DNA from: a virus
Lineage: Duplodnaviria; Heunggongvirae; Uroviricota; Caudoviricetes
IMG/VR virus record: IMGVR_UViG_2917408641_000003
Reading direction: 5' to 3' (one strand)
Length of the DNA: 17,264 nucleotides
Shown here piece after piece: positions 1-10,814 of the stretch. A program made the translations under genes and the position numbers. Under the pieces are notes generated by a model, which was given only the letters and a program-made list of their open reading frames with translations, was not told the origin of the DNA and did not search any database. The stretch's first letter is position 1. Each line of letters opens with the position of its first letter.

Positions 1-348
1 ATGATATCTCTCCCTGCCGGTTCGCGTATCTGGCTGGTTGCAGGTATCACCGATATGCGAAATGGCTTTAACGGCCTGGCATCAAAAGTTCAGAACGTCC
101 TGAAGGATGACCCGTTCTCCGGACACCTGTTCATCTTCCGCGGACGCCGGGGTGACCAGATAAAAGTGTTGTGGGCTGACAGTGACGGACTGTGCCTCTT
201 CACCAAACGCCTGGAGCGGGGCCGCTTCGTCTGGCCAGTCACCCGTGACGGCAAGGTGCACCTTACTCCGGCTCAGTTATCCATGCTTCCTGAAGGTATC
301 AACTGGAAGCACCCGAAACGAACGGAACGCGCTGGAATCCGCATATAA
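1..348 (+). CDS. tnpB: IS66-family accessory protein TnpB (orf2)
   Basis: 115-aa ORF, 114/115 identical to ORF 13788..14135 which overlaps orf1 stop by ATGA as is typical for IS66 tnpA-tnpB; size and position upstream of large TnpC match IS66 organisation. Confidence 0.8.
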   Translation: MISLPAGSRIWLVAGITDMRNGFNGLASKVQNVLKDDPFSGHLFIFRGRRGDQIKVLWADSDGLCLFTKRLERGRFVWPVTRDGKVHLTPAQLSMLPEGINWKHPKRTERAGIRI

Positions 349-367
349 CCCGTTGTAAAGTGAGGAT

Positions 368-1939
368 ATGGACACCTCACTTGCTCATGAGAACGCCCGC
401 CTGCGGGCACTGTTGCAGACGCAACAGGACACCATCCGCCAGATGGCTGAATACAACCGCCTGCTCTCACAGCGGGTGGCGGCTTATGCTTCCGAAATCA
501 ACCGGCTGAAGGCGCTGGTTGCGAAACTGCAACGTATGCAGTTCGGTAAAAGCTCAGAAAAACTTCGTGCAAAAACCGAACGGCAGATACAGGAAGCTCA
601 GGAGCGAATCAGCGCACTTCAGGAAGAAATGGCGGAAACGCTGGGTGAGCAATATGACCCGGTACTGCCATCCGCCCTGCGCCAGTCTTCAGCCCGTAAA
701 CCGTTACCGGCCTCACTTCCCCGTGAAACCCGGGTTATCCGGCCGGAAGAGGAATGCTGTCCTGCCTGTGGTGGTGAACTCAGTTCTCTGGGATGTGATG
801 TGTCAGAGCAACTGGAGCTTATCAGCAGCGCCTTTAAGGTTATCGAAACACAACGTCCGAAACTGGCCTGTTGCCGGTGCGACCATATCGTGCAGGCACC
901 AGTACCTTCAAAACCCATTGCACGCAGTTATGCCGGAGCGGGGCTTCTGGCCCATGTTGTCACCGGGAAATATGCAGACCATCTGCCGTTATACCGCCAG
1001 TCAGAAATATACCGTCGTCAGGGAGTGGAGCTGAGCCGTGCCACACTGGGGCGCTGGACCGGTGCCGTTGCTGAACTGCTGGAGCCGCTGTATGACGTCC
1101 TGCGCCAGTATGTGCTGATGCCCGGTAAAGTCCATGCCGATGATATCCCCGTCCCGGTCCAGGAGCCGGGCAGCGGTAAAACCCGGACAGCCCGGCTGTG
1201 GGTCTACGTCCGTGATGACCGCAACGCCGGTTCACAGATGCCCCCGGCGGTCTGGTTCGCGTACAGTCCGGACCGGAAAGGTATCCATCCACAAAATCAC
1301 CTGGCCGGTTACAGCGGTGTGCTTCAGGCCGATGCTTACGGTGGTTACCGGGCGTTATACGAATCCGGCAGAATAACGGAAGCCGCGTGTATGGCTCATG
1401 CCCGGAGAAAAATCCACGATGTGCATGCAAGAGCGCCCACCGACATCACCACGGAAGCCCTGCAGCGTATCGGTGAACTGTATGCTATCGAGGCAGAGGT
1501 CCGGGGCTGTTCAGCAGAACAGCGTCTGGCGGCAAGAAAAGCCAGAGCCGCGCCACTGATGCAGTCACTGTATGACTGGATACAGCAACAGATGAAAACA
1601 CTGTCGCGTCACTCAGATACGGCAAAAGCGTTCGCATACCTGCTGAAACAGTGGGATGCACTGAACGTGTACTGCAGTAATGGCTGGGTGGAAATCGACA
1701 ACAACATCGCAGAGAACGCCTTACGGGGAGTGGCCGTAGGCCGGAAAAACTGGATGTTCGCGGGTTCCGACAGCGGTGGTGAACATGCGGCGGTGTTGTA
1801 CTCGCTGATCGGCACATGCCGTCTGAACAATGTGGAGCCAGAAAAGTGGCTGCGTTACGTCATTGAACATATCCAGGACTGGCCGGCAAACCGGGTACGC
1901 GATCTGTTGCCCTGGAAAGTTGATCTGAGCTCTCAGTAA
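368..1939 (+). CDS. tnpC: IS66-family transposase TnpC (orf3)
   Basis: 523-aa ORF with N-terminal coiled-coil/leucine-zipper-like region, CxxC...CxxC motif (CCPACGG...CCRCDH) and C-terminal catalytic region; duplicated at 14155..15726 with 2 aa differences. Confidence 0.85.
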   Translation: MDTSLAHENARLRALLQTQQDTIRQMAEYNRLLSQRVAAYASEINRLKALVAKLQRMQFGKSSEKLRAKTERQIQEAQERISALQEEMAETLGEQYDPVLPSALRQSSARKPLPASLPRETRVIRPEEECCPACGGELSSLGCDVSEQLELISSAFKVIETQRPKLACCRCDHIVQAPVPSKPIARSYAGAGLLAHVVTGKYADHLPLYRQSEIYRRQGVELSRATLGRWTGAVAELLEPLYDVLRQYVLMPGKVHADDIPVPVQEPGSGKTRTARLWVYVRDDRNAGSQMPPAVWFAYSPDRKGIHPQNHLAGYSGVLQADAYGGYRALYESGRITEAACMAHARRKIHDVHARAPTDITTEALQRIGELYAIEAEVRGCSAEQRLAARKARAAPLMQSLYDWIQQQMKTLSRHSDTAKAFAYLLKQWDALNVYCSNGWVEIDNNIAENALRGVAVGRKNWMFAGSDSGGEHAAVLYSLIGTCRLNNVEPEKWLRYVIEHIQDWPANRVRDLLPWKVDLSSQ

Positions 1940-2074
1940 ATATCAATACGGTTCTGACGAGCCGCTTACCAAAAGCTGAACTGGATTCTGTCCTTGGTGT
2001 GCAGGACTTATGGGATCTGCTGGAAATAATTCATGTGGATGCCCATAACGAACAGGTGATACAGGAGAACAGAA

Positions 2075-4096
2075 ATGGCGCAGGTACTTGATGAGCTTGT
2101 TCTGTCCCTCGGGATTGATGACAGGGACTTTACTGCCGGGGAACAGGCAGTACATGCTGCCCTTAACCGGCTCACGACGGTGATGGAAGGTGTCGCTGAC
2201 ACATTCAGTCAGGGACAGAAGAAAACCAGTGAATCACTGGAAAAAACCGGAAAAGATGCTGATAAAACAGCCCGTCGAATGGAAGATGCCGGGAAACGGG
2301 CGGCCCGTTTTTTTTCAGGGATCCGTAGCGAGATTCTGGCTCTTGCGGGTGTCAGTCTGACGCTGGGGGGGCTGAAGAACCTGGTAACAGGTTTTGCCCG
2401 TGACCTGAACCGTCTGTCCGTGGAATCCGATGCTTTTGGCATGAAGGCCAGAAATCTGGACGGATGGCTACGGGCTGCGCGGGCAAATAATGTTGATGAA
2501 GGGGAAATGTCTGGGGCATTTTCCCGGCTTGCAAATGCAAAAGCGGCCTTCAGAGCCGGAAGGTCCTTTGATCCTGTGTTACAGGATTTGTTTCAGGTTG
2601 CAGCCAGGGCGGGCATTAGTGTTGATTTAAATACTGACAGCACTGAAACCATCATGCGCAAGCTGGCGGTTATTTTTCCGCGACTGACAAAGTCCGAACA
2701 AACTGCCTACGGCAACGCGCTGGGCTTCAGTTATGCCGGACAGCAGTTTCTTGGCTCCGGTCATGCGCTGAAAGATGTGGACGAATTTACTTCCCGTTCG
2801 CAGGTTACGCCGGGGCGTATAGCGCTGGCCCGTAAGCTACGAAAAGAGCTTGTTGAGCTCGATCAGACCTGGTCCGGCATCGGGATGACGCTTAGCACCG
2901 CGTTGATGCCGTACGCGCTGAAGCTCAGCCACTGGCTGGAGACACTCGGTGACTGGATGCAGCAACATCCGGAGGAAGTGAACAGTTTTATCACCACATT
3001 TCTGAATGACGTTGAGTCAGTGGCCTCCCTGGCGAATAAGGCTGCCGGAGAACTGGGGGGCTGGCAGAATGTCATTATTACGCTGATCGGGCTGAAAGTG
3101 GCGTCATGGGTGCGGGGGCTGACAAAAGCCCTCAGTGGCCCCGGAGGCCTTCTTTTTGCGATAACGGCGCTTTACCCGGTTGTTGACGGATTACTGACAT
3201 CCATTGTTGGCAGGAAAAATAAGGACTGGCTGGATTTACAAGGTTTTTTCTGGGCTTCAGACGGGACTTTCTTTTTCAATAAGAAAGAGATGGAGACGTA
3301 TCAGACAAAACTGGATGCCGGAGAAAAGCCTGGCAACATCACCCGGGCACAATCATCCACAGTATGGCAGCAGGGAATGCTGGATACTCAGGCTTCTCAG
3401 GCAACCGGGAGGGAAGCAGCCTTCGGTGAATCCTGGCTACAGGGTATGCGTGCGACGCAGGAAAAACTCGGTAATGCCATGCAAAACCGCCAGCGACCGA
3501 CGAAGACCGGGGAAGCCCTGTTAGGCTGGCTGCAACCGAAACTGTCTCAACTGGAGGAAAAATATAACCTGCCGCCCGGACTGCTGCGCAGCGTTGCGAT
3601 CACCGAATCCCGTGGTAATCAGTTTGCCGTCTCACCTGCTGGTGCGATGGGACTGTTTCAGTTTATGCCGCAGACGGCCAGGGAATTTGGTCTGAGGGGG
3701 AACGACCCCTTTGATCCCGAAAAATCCGCAGATGCTGCCGCGAGAAAACTGGGTGGTCTGATGCGTTTTTTTCATGGCGATCTGGCTAAGGCTCTGGCGG
3801 CATATAACTGGGGAGAGGGAAATGTTCAGCGTAAGGGACTGGCTGCTGCTCCGGAGGAGACCCGCAACTATATTCCGCGGGTGCTGGCGAACCTGCCTTA
3901 TCCGGGTGCGGCAATGGCCATACGGTCGCGCCATCCTGCGCCTGTATCGCAGCCCACCGTAACGGAAACCACGCATATCGGGACGCTGAATGTCACCACA
4001 ACTTCAGACAATGTGAAGGGGATCACCGATGATGCACGTCAGCGTATAAGGAATTCGGCGCTTGTGTCGGTTTATTCCAGCGGGGTAACAGGATGA
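2075..4096 (+). CDS. phage tail tape-measure-like protein with C-terminal lytic transglycosylase (SLT) domain
   Basis: 673-aa ORF, AGGAG RBS 8 nt upstream, in-frame stop at 2057..2059 so the ORF cannot extend upstream; Ala/Gly-rich helical N-terminal two thirds typical of tape-measure proteins; C-terminal motifs ITESRGN...GLFQFMPQTA...AYNWGEGN match the SLT/goose-type lytic transglycosylase signature. Confidence 0.6.
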   Translation: MAQVLDELVLSLGIDDRDFTAGEQAVHAALNRLTTVMEGVADTFSQGQKKTSESLEKTGKDADKTARRMEDAGKRAARFFSGIRSEILALAGVSLTLGGLKNLVTGFARDLNRLSVESDAFGMKARNLDGWLRAARANNVDEGEMSGAFSRLANAKAAFRAGRSFDPVLQDLFQVAARAGISVDLNTDSTETIMRKLAVIFPRLTKSEQTAYGNALGFSYAGQQFLGSGHALKDVDEFTSRSQVTPGRIALARKLRKELVELDQTWSGIGMTLSTALMPYALKLSHWLETLGDWMQQHPEEVNSFITTFLNDVESVASLANKAAGELGGWQNVIITLIGLKVASWVRGLTKALSGPGGLLFAITALYPVVDGLLTSIVGRKNKDWLDLQGFFWASDGTFFFNKKEMETYQTKLDAGEKPGNITRAQSSTVWQQGMLDTQASQATGREAAFGESWLQGMRATQEKLGNAMQNRQRPTKTGEALLGWLQPKLSQLEEKYNLPPGLLRSVAITESRGNQFAVSPAGAMGLFQFMPQTAREFGLRGNDPFDPEKSADAAARKLGGLMRFFHGDLAKALAAYNWGEGNVQRKGLAAAPEETRNYIPRVLANLPYPGAAMAIRSRHPAPVSQPTVTETTHIGTLNVTTTSDNVKGITDDARQRIRNSALVSVYSSGVTG

Positions 4097-4803
4097 GTTT
4101 TTCTTTCGATAATTTTTCCCTGAATAACTTTTCACTCAATGAAAGTAATGTACTGAGTGCCGTTCGTGGTGGCGGGGTACTGGGACTCATTAACAGTGTA
4201 CTGGCACCATCATTCGGTATTTATTACGCAGTAAATGATCCGGCAGGTGCTTACCAGAAGGGGGAAAAACCTTTTTCCCCGGATTCTTTTGTTGCCGTTG
4301 AGGTGGGCGCGGAGGCTTCTGTTTCCACCGTCCCCGTGGAGCAGGGGGCTTATACCACCTTTAATAAAATCCAGAGATCGCAGGAACTGCATGTGACTTT
4401 CACTGTAGAGGGCTGGACGGCGTTTTCCGGGGTTGTCCCGAATCTGACAAATTTTTCCACCACCTCGCGGACGAATGTGCTGGAAACGCTTGAAAGGATG
4501 CGTACCACGGCAGGACTCTACGATATTGAGACGCCGGACAAGACATGGACATCCTGCGACCTTGTGAAATATGACTACCGAATGCGAAGTAATAATGGTC
4601 CGACCTTACTGACGGTTACTGCGGTATTTCAGACCGTAATGAATACAGGAGAGGTGTCAGTGGGAAGTACGGATAGGTCGTCTCCCACGGACAACGATAA
4701 AGCAAAAGGGGCCGCATCGGTTAAAACGCAGCCAGTTACGGCGTCGGTGACACAACCGTCAGACGCTGACAGACGAAGTGCCACGAACAGGGAGATCACC
4801 TGA
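4093..4803 (+). CDS. phage tail-associated hypothetical protein
   Basis: 236-aa ORF, start overlaps upstream stop (ATGA), position between tape measure and baseplate genes; no motif recognised. Confidence 0.4.
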   Translation: MSFSFDNFSLNNFSLNESNVLSAVRGGGVLGLINSVLAPSFGIYYAVNDPAGAYQKGEKPFSPDSFVAVEVGAEASVSTVPVEQGAYTTFNKIQRSQELHVTFTVEGWTAFSGVVPNLTNFSTTSRTNVLETLERMRTTAGLYDIETPDKTWTSCDLVKYDYRMRSNNGPTLLTVTAVFQTVMNTGEVSVGSTDRSSPTDNDKAKGAASVKTQPVTASVTQPSDADRRSATNREIT

Positions 4804-5105
4804 TGCTGGAAATTGTTTTATCTCCCGTTAAAGCCCAGCAGTTTACGGTGACACTGGGCGCTCAGGTCTGCACCATTCGCCTGAATCAGCGTACTACGGG
4901 GATGTATATCGATATCATTGTTAATGGTGAACCGTGCCTGTATGGCGTGCTGTGTCTGAATAATAACCGGATTGTCCGGTACGGATACCTGCCGTTTCAG
5001 GGGGACCTGTTTTTTACCGACACGGAGGGGAATAGTGACCCTGACTGGCGGGGGCTCGGATCCCGGTACCGGCTCTACTGGCTGTTACCTGAGGAACTGA
5101 TATGA
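4803..5105 (+). CDS. phage tail-associated hypothetical protein
   Basis: 100-aa ORF, TGATG overlap with upstream gene and ATGA overlap with downstream gene (translational coupling inside tail operon). Confidence 0.35.
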   Translation: MLEIVLSPVKAQQFTVTLGAQVCTIRLNQRTTGMYIDIIVNGEPCLYGVLCLNNNRIVRYGYLPFQGDLFFTDTEGNSDPDWRGLGSRYRLYWLLPEELI

Positions 5106-5971
5106 GCTACAGACAACGTAAAATAACGGTGGAGTTCACTCTTTCAGACGGGCGAACGTTTGGTAATGGCCAGGGCAATATGCTGACCATTACCGACGCA
5201 AGCTGTTTTGCCAGTATTGCCGTATATGGAGGGGTGGCTGGTACACAAATCACGCTGTATATCTGGGGAATGTCACCGGCGCATATGACGAATTTAAGCT
5301 GGCGCGGTGTGTGGCGACAGGAGCAGAGTACCGCAAATAAAATGCGGCTGTGGGCCGACGGGCGGCTTATTTTTGAAGGTGATATTACTGATGCATACGC
5401 CGACTACAACCAGGCACCGGATATTCCGCTCATTCTGACAGGACAGATTCATTTTAATCTGCGTAATCAGACGGCGGCAGATTTCAGCGCAAAGGGCGAT
5501 GTTGCGGTTGCAGATATTATCCGTGCGCTGGCGTCAACTGTCGGGCTTGGATTTGAAAACCAGGGGGTCAGCCGCAGTCTGTCTGACCCGCATTTTTCCG
5601 GTAATGTTGTACAACAAATGCTGGATGTCGCTTCAGCCGCCGATATTAACATTGATCTGGGGAATGTGGAGAAAGTCACCATCTGGCCGAAAGGGCAGAA
5701 CCGGAATATTCCGCCGGTACTGATTTCGCCGGATCACGGACTGACTGGCTATCCGGTTTACACCATGACCGGACTCAGCGCCACCACGATATTCTGCCCC
5801 GATCTCTTTACTGGCAGGCCAGCGCATCTGGAATCGTCACTGCCTGATATGACGGGCGATTATACGATCACAGGGGTGATACACACCATTACTTCGCGAA
5901 CCGTGGGCGGTCCGTGGAGTTCCAACTGTACCATGATGAGGGCTGAAGAAAATGGCACAACCACTCAGTAA
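5102..5971 (+). CDS. phage tail/baseplate protein (position of Mu gp44 / P2 gpD-like protein)
   Basis: 289-aa ORF, ATGA overlap with upstream ORF, immediately upstream of baseplate spike gene; assignment by synteny only. Confidence 0.4.
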   Translation: MSYRQRKITVEFTLSDGRTFGNGQGNMLTITDASCFASIAVYGGVAGTQITLYIWGMSPAHMTNLSWRGVWRQEQSTANKMRLWADGRLIFEGDITDAYADYNQAPDIPLILTGQIHFNLRNQTAADFSAKGDVAVADIIRALASTVGLGFENQGVSRSLSDPHFSGNVVQQMLDVASAADINIDLGNVEKVTIWPKGQNRNIPPVLISPDHGLTGYPVYTMTGLSATTIFCPDLFTGRPAHLESSLPDMTGDYTITGVIHTITSRTVGGPWSSNCTMMRAEENGTTTQ

Positions 5972-6629
5972 CCCGACAGACGTGAACAGCGAAATCAATG
6001 CACAGGACTTTATGCTGCGGCAGTTTCTCGGACGTCATGCGTTTATCACTCTGGGACGGGTGGTAGCCGTGGAAGAGGAATTTATTGAGGCCCGACCGAT
6101 GGTAATGGGCGTTGCAGCAGACGGTTCCCCGGTTGAACATGAGGTGATTTATAACATTCCCGTATGGCGACTACAGGGGGGCGGTAATGCGGTGATTATG
6201 CCGCCACATGTGGGGGATATCGGTTTTCTTGCCATCTGCGATCGGGATATCAGTGCGGTAAAAGCCACGCGTCAGGCTGCGATGCCGGGATCAAAGCGTA
6301 CCCATAATTATGCTGATGCCATCTGGCTGGGTGGCGTGCTCAACGGTGATCCCGTCCAGTTTGTGGTATTTGATGACAACCAGATACGGATTGTATCTCC
6401 CTGGAAAGTGGAGATATCCGCGCCTGAGGGTGTGATTAATGCGCCGAAAAGCTTCACCGTTAACTCACCACAAATTGCGCTGAACGGCGATACCTCCGTC
6501 AGTAAGGGGCTTAACGTTACCGGGCAGTCCAGGCTTTCCGGCGGTTCGAACATCGGGGGTATTGATTTTGGAAACCACGTTCACGGCGGCGTTGAGTCCG
6601 GCGGCTCAACCACGCAGGGACCCCGGTAA
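5952..6629 (+). CDS. baseplate spike / baseplate assembly protein V-like (Mu gp45-like)
   Basis: 225-aa ORF; size, position before gp25-like and baseplate-J genes, and Gly-rich C-terminus (GNHVHGGVESGGSTTQGP) fit the gpV / Mu gp45 family. Confidence 0.55.
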   Translation: MAQPLSNPTDVNSEINAQDFMLRQFLGRHAFITLGRVVAVEEEFIEARPMVMGVAADGSPVEHEVIYNIPVWRLQGGGNAVIMPPHVGDIGFLAICDRDISAVKATRQAAMPGSKRTHNYADAIWLGGVLNGDPVQFVVFDDNQIRIVSPWKVEISAPEGVINAPKSFTVNSPQIALNGDTSVSKGLNVTGQSRLSGGSNIGGIDFGNHVHGGVESGGSTTQGPR

Positions 6630-6641
6630 ACAGGAGAAAAC

Positions 6642-6998
6642 ATGCAGTCACGATCATTTCTTCTTGACACCGGGACATGGGATATCCTGCTTGATGATAC
6701 CGGAAATCTTGCCATTACTGATAATCCCCATGCGGTAGCTCAGGATGTGGCGTGTGCGTGCAGTACTTTTCTGGGGGAGTGCTGGTACGACTCAACGGCT
6801 GGCATACCTTACTGGCCACGCATCCTCGGACACTGGCCCGGCACACAACTGGTGAATGCCACTCTGCAACAGGAAGCACTTAAACTGCCGACCGTGAGCG
6901 CCGCTGTCTGCCAGGTCACAGCTGATCAAACCCGGACAGTAACAGGTGTGCTGCGTATTACAGATACCAATAATGACATTTTTACGGTACTGCTATGA
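6642..6998 (+). CDS. baseplate wedge protein, GPW/gp25-like (Mu gp46-like)
   Basis: 118-aa ORF with RBS (AGGAGA) upstream; size and location directly upstream of baseplate-J gene match the conserved gp25/W - J pair. Confidence 0.5.
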   Translation: MQSRSFLLDTGTWDILLDDTGNLAITDNPHAVAQDVACACSTFLGECWYDSTAGIPYWPRILGHWPGTQLVNATLQQEALKLPTVSAAVCQVTADQTRTVTGVLRITDTNNDIFTVLL

Positions 6999-8236
6999 GT
7001 GAAAATAAATCTTTTTCTACCGCAGTGCCCGCTGTACAGATTTCGGATAGCGGGCTGAATGTGCCGGATGAAGCGGATATTCTGAGCGGCAGGCTTGCTG
7101 ATTTTTCGGCGGCGCTGGGCGGGGCCATGAGTACCAGTCTGAGCAGTCCGCAGGGACAACTTGCATCCAGCGAAAGCGCCATTATTGCGGATAAAAACGA
7201 TCAGTTGCTGTATATCGTTAACCAGATCAACCCTGACTTTTCCAGTGGTCGCTTTCAGGATGCAATAGGCAGGATTTATTTCCTGGAGCGCCGCGGGGCC
7301 ACAGGTACGACAGTAACAGCGACCTGTACCGGGCTGGTTGGCACGCTGATCCCGGCGGGCAGTATGGCGCAGGATGAGGCCGGTTATAAGTATGTCAGTC
7401 AGTCAGACGTCACTATCGGCGCATCAGGGCAGGTTGATGCGGTATTTCTGAATTTGTCCACCGGCCCCGTCGGCTGTTCTGTGGGGACGCTGAATAAAAT
7501 TTATAAGGCAATACCTGGCTGGTCAGGTGTCACTAACGCCAGTGCCGGTGTGCCGGGCAGCGATGAGGAAACCCGTGCGGACTTTGAAAACCGCCGACGC
7601 GATTCAGTTGCCCGTAATGCCCGGAATATTCTGGAAGCCATCCGGGGTGAAATACTCTCCACGATAGAAAACGTGGTGGATGTTTACGTCACCCATAATC
7701 CGAAAAAAACAGAACAAAAAGCCGGAGTCAGTCAGTATCCATTAACACCCGGTTCGCTTTATGTTGGCGTGTACGGCGGCAGCCCGGCAGATATCGCGGC
7801 GGCCATCTGGCGTAAGGCTCCGCCGGGTATTGATATGAATGGCAACACAACGTTCACTGTTGCAGATAAGGAGTACGATCCGCCGTATCCTGAATACGTG
7901 ATCAGCTGGCAGACACTTAAACCCGTCAGTCTGCATGTCAGTGTGACGCTGAAAAAAAGTGACTACCTGCCTTCAGATATTACCCGACAGGTACAGCAAT
8001 CCGTGCTGGACGCATTTAATGGTACAGATGGTGGTCTGCGGGCAAGGGTTGCCTCTGTTGTCTCTGCCGGGCGCTACTATGCCGGCATTTACAAAACCTA
8101 TCCGGAACATATTGATATTCTGGGCCTTACTGTGAGCCGTGACGGTTCGTCATGGACAACGGCTGTCACTTTCGGGATAGATGAGATTCCGGTTCTGGAT
8201 GTGTCGGATATCAGTGTGAAACTCCAGGAGGCATAA
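6995..8236 (+). CDS. baseplate J-like protein (Mu gp47 / P2 gpJ family)
   Basis: 413-aa ORF, ATGA overlap with upstream gp25-like gene; size and synteny typical of Baseplate_J family. Confidence 0.65.
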   Translation: MSENKSFSTAVPAVQISDSGLNVPDEADILSGRLADFSAALGGAMSTSLSSPQGQLASSESAIIADKNDQLLYIVNQINPDFSSGRFQDAIGRIYFLERRGATGTTVTATCTGLVGTLIPAGSMAQDEAGYKYVSQSDVTIGASGQVDAVFLNLSTGPVGCSVGTLNKIYKAIPGWSGVTNASAGVPGSDEETRADFENRRRDSVARNARNILEAIRGEILSTIENVVDVYVTHNPKKTEQKAGVSQYPLTPGSLYVGVYGGSPADIAAAIWRKAPPGIDMNGNTTFTVADKEYDPPYPEYVISWQTLKPVSLHVSVTLKKSDYLPSDITRQVQQSVLDAFNGTDGGLRARVASVVSAGRYYAGIYKTYPEHIDILGLTVSRDGSSWTTAVTFGIDEIPVLDVSDISVKLQEA

Positions 8237-8237
8237 C

Positions 8238-8843
8238 GTGCAGAATGTGGCTGCCACTGTGCTTGCGCAGTATGCTGCCAGCCCCCGACTCAATGCCCTC
8301 ATTAACAGCTTTAACGCAGCGCTTTCCCCCGACAGTTTTATCAGTGATTTTTATGGTCTTATCTGGAACATCGATACCGCAGAAAAGTACGGTCTTGATG
8401 TCTGGGGGAAGATTGTGGGTGTCAGTCGCCGGCTGACGGTAAAGGACGATTTTAATTACCTGGGCTTCAGCGAGTCCAGGATGGACACCCCGGTAATGGA
8501 TGATCCCCGTCCGTTTAATCAGGCACCGTTTTACAACGGAAAATCGGATACCCGGACTGTTGACCTGTCTGATGCTGTATACCGGCGGCTGATACTGATG
8601 AAAGCCATGTCGAACATTACTGACTGTTCCGTTCCGGATATTAACCGGATGCTGAGATTTATGTTCGGAAAAAAACGCCGGGCTTATGTTCTGAATAATG
8701 GTGGATTGAGGATGAGTTACATCTTTGAGTCCGCGCTCTCGTTGGCAGAACTGGCGATTATCCAGTCGTCGGGTGCACTGCCATCCCCGCCGGGTGTTTA
8801 TGTTTCAGTGGTTTTAAAGGAGCCCCGTAATGAAGGCCAGTGA
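8238..8843 (+). CDS. phage tail protein (Mu gp48 / P2 gpI-like, YmfQ-like)
   Basis: 201-aa ORF with GTG start preceded by AGGAGG; located between baseplate J and tail fibre as in Mu-like and e14-like tail clusters. Confidence 0.5.
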   Translation: MQNVAATVLAQYAASPRLNALINSFNAALSPDSFISDFYGLIWNIDTAEKYGLDVWGKIVGVSRRLTVKDDFNYLGFSESRMDTPVMDDPRPFNQAPFYNGKSDTRTVDLSDAVYRRLILMKAMSNITDCSVPDINRMLRFMFGKKRRAYVLNNGGLRMSYIFESALSLAELAIIQSSGALPSPPGVYVSVVLKEPRNEGQ

Positions 8844-10215
8844 TAACCCCCGCCAGCTGACGGTCCCCTTTGCGAGTACCGGAGATAAAAACCGTATCCC
8901 GGACAAGGCGACACAGCAGACCAGAGAGAGCGGTAATGCTGCGTATGATTCAGGTTTTCCTCCGGTGACCATGACAGCGGTCTCAGCGGGAGGTATACCG
9001 CCACACGGCAAGGATTTTAACGGTCTGATGTACGATATTACCGCAGCAATACGGTTCGCCCAGGCTGGCGGTTTGTACACGTATAATGCCGGTTTTGCGG
9101 GGGCCATTGGTGGATATGCAAAAGGAGCCATTCTCGCCGGAGTCGCAACAACAGCGGTCTGGCTGAATACCACAGACGATAACCTGACCGATCCTGAAGG
9201 CTCCGACAGTGCGGGCTGGGTAAATCTTCTTGAGGATCCGAAAAGGATATTCCTGCGGCAGAAGAACAATCTGTCAGACCTTCAGAATAAAGGGACGGCA
9301 CGGGATAATCTTCAGGTTTACAGTAAAGAGCAGTCAGATCAACGCTATGTTCATCGGGAAGGCGATAAAATAACCGGAGAGCTGAAAATCCGTGGTGTTA
9401 ATGCGCTGAGGATTTTCAACGACGCTTTTGGTCTTATTTTTCGTCGTTCGGAAGAGTGTCTGCACCTCATTCCTACCTGGGAAAATCAGGGCGAGAATGG
9501 CGATATTGGTCCACTTCGTCCGTTCACTATTAATCTGCGGACGGGTGAAATATCCATGTCGCATAAAGTGTCTGTTGGCGGTGGTTTGCAGGTCAATGGT
9601 GCGCTGGGTATCGGCGTTCAGAACGCGCTGGGCGGAAATTCAATTGCTTTCGGGGATAACGATACCGGCCTGAAACAGAACGGCGATGGTCTGCTTGATG
9701 TTTATGCAAATGGCCAGCGAGTATTCCGTTTTCAGAATGGTGTGACTATTGCTTTTAAGAATATTCAGGCCGGAACTGCCAGAAAATTCACGTTATCCAG
9801 CGCCAACAACTCCACGAAAAACGCAACGTTTAATTTATGGGGTAATTCATCCCGTCCCGTAGTTGCAGAGCTTGGTGATGATTCCGGCTGGCATTTCTAC
9901 AGCCAGAGAAATACCGATGGCAGTATCACATTCGCTGTAAACGGACAGATGACCCCATCAAACTATGGAAATTTCGATGCCCGCTATCAGCAGCGAAATG
10001 GCGGCGTGCAGGATGTGCGTTATGGTTCCGAAATGTATTACACCCCTGGCAGTAACACCGTTTCGTGGACATTTCGCGCACCTTCGGGACACGGGCTGTC
10101 AGGGATATCGATATCGGATACCCACCGTAACTCAGCGGATAACGTTAACGGTGTGTATTACCGACCGCTGCAAAAACTGATTAATGGCACCTGGTATAAC
10201 GTAGCGAGCGTTTAA
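8830..10215 (+). CDS. phage tail fibre protein
   Basis: 461-aa ORF with AAGGAG RBS; Gly/Asn/Ser/Thr-rich beta-type sequence; followed by a tail-fibre assembly gene. Confidence 0.65.
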   Translation: MKASDNPRQLTVPFASTGDKNRIPDKATQQTRESGNAAYDSGFPPVTMTAVSAGGIPPHGKDFNGLMYDITAAIRFAQAGGLYTYNAGFAGAIGGYAKGAILAGVATTAVWLNTTDDNLTDPEGSDSAGWVNLLEDPKRIFLRQKNNLSDLQNKGTARDNLQVYSKEQSDQRYVHREGDKITGELKIRGVNALRIFNDAFGLIFRRSEECLHLIPTWENQGENGDIGPLRPFTINLRTGEISMSHKVSVGGGLQVNGALGIGVQNALGGNSIAFGDNDTGLKQNGDGLLDVYANGQRVFRFQNGVTIAFKNIQAGTARKFTLSSANNSTKNATFNLWGNSSRPVVAELGDDSGWHFYSQRNTDGSITFAVNGQMTPSNYGNFDARYQQRNGGVQDVRYGSEMYYTPGSNTVSWTFRAPSGHGLSGISISDTHRNSADNVNGVYYRPLQKLINGTWYNVASV

Positions 10216-10216
10216 T

Positions 10217-10744
10217 ATGATGCACTTAAAGAACATAAAAGCGGGTAACGCTAAAACACTGGAACAGTATGAGTTAACAAAGAAGCACGGAGTCATCTGG
10301 CTTTACGCTGAAGACGGGAAAAACTGGTATGAGGAAGTGAAGAACTTTCAGTCAGACACAATAAAAATGGTTTACGACGAAAATAATATTATTGTCGCCA
10401 TCACCAAAGATGCCTCCACACTTAACCCTGAAGGCTATAGCGTCGTTGAAGTTCCTGATATTACAGCTAATCGCCGTGCCGATGATTCAGGGAAGTGGAT
10501 GTTTAAGGACGGAGCTGTGGTTAAGCGGATTTATACGGCAGACGAACAGCAACAACAGGCAGAATCACAAAAGGCCGCGTTACTTTCCGAAGCGGAAAGC
10601 GTTATTCGGCAACTGGAGCGCGCTGTCAGGCTGAATATGGCAACGGATGAGGAACGCGCACGACTGGAGTCATGGGAACGCTACAGCGTTCTGGTCAGTC
10701 GAGTGGGCACCGCAGCTCCTGACTGGCCGGATAAACCAGAGTGA
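10217..10744 (+). CDS. phage tail fibre assembly protein (Tfa)
   Basis: 175-aa ORF immediately after tail fibre gene; size and C-terminal region (...[27 protein letters not shown]) characteristic of Caudovirales tail-fibre chaperones. Confidence 0.7.
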   Translation: MMHLKNIKAGNAKTLEQYELTKKHGVIWLYAEDGKNWYEEVKNFQSDTIKMVYDENNIIVAITKDASTLNPEGYSVVEVPDITANRRADDSGKWMFKDGAVVKRIYTADEQQQQAESQKAALLSEAESVIRQLERAVRLNMATDEERARLESWERYSVLVSRVGTAAPDWPDKPE

Positions 10745-10750
10745 TTAATG

Positions 10751-10778
10751 AGGCCCGGGGATTCGGGCCTGCGTTTTT
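10751..10778 (+). terminator. rho-independent terminator of the tail operon
   Basis: Perfect 7-bp GC-rich stem AGGCCCG/CGGGCCT with 6-nt loop (10751..10770) followed by TTTTT (10773..10777), 7 nt after tfa stop codon. Confidence 0.55.
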
Positions 10779-10814
10779 CCGGAATCAGTCCGGTCTGCGG
10801 TTTATGCGATGTGA

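Larger units (their letters stand above)
1..1969 (+). mobile_element. IS66-family insertion sequence, copy 1 (left part incl. orf1 and IRL lies outside the window)
   Basis: Bases 1..1969 are near-identical to 13788..15756 (second copy); contains tnpB and tnpC; terminal sequence ...GAGCCGCTTAC at 1959..1969 is the reverse complement of the GTAAGCGG-type end typical of IS66-family IRs; identity with copy 2 stops at 1970. Confidence 0.8.

Noticed and set aside
519-1830. Multiple 60..170-aa ORFs on both strands inside tnpC (e.g. 519..1034, 619..918, 960..1430, 1485..1817) and their duplicates at 14306..15617
   Set aside because: All lie within or antisense to the well-supported 523-aa TnpC frame in a GC-rich IS; Arg/Pro/Cys-rich translations typical of out-of-frame shadow ORFs.
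2209-3976. Small ORFs inside or antisense to the tape-measure gene (2209..2442, 2352..2540, 2863..3075, 3204..3524, 3632..3976, 3774..3962)
   Set aside because: Embedded in the 673-aa ORF which has a coherent domain structure; shadow ORFs.
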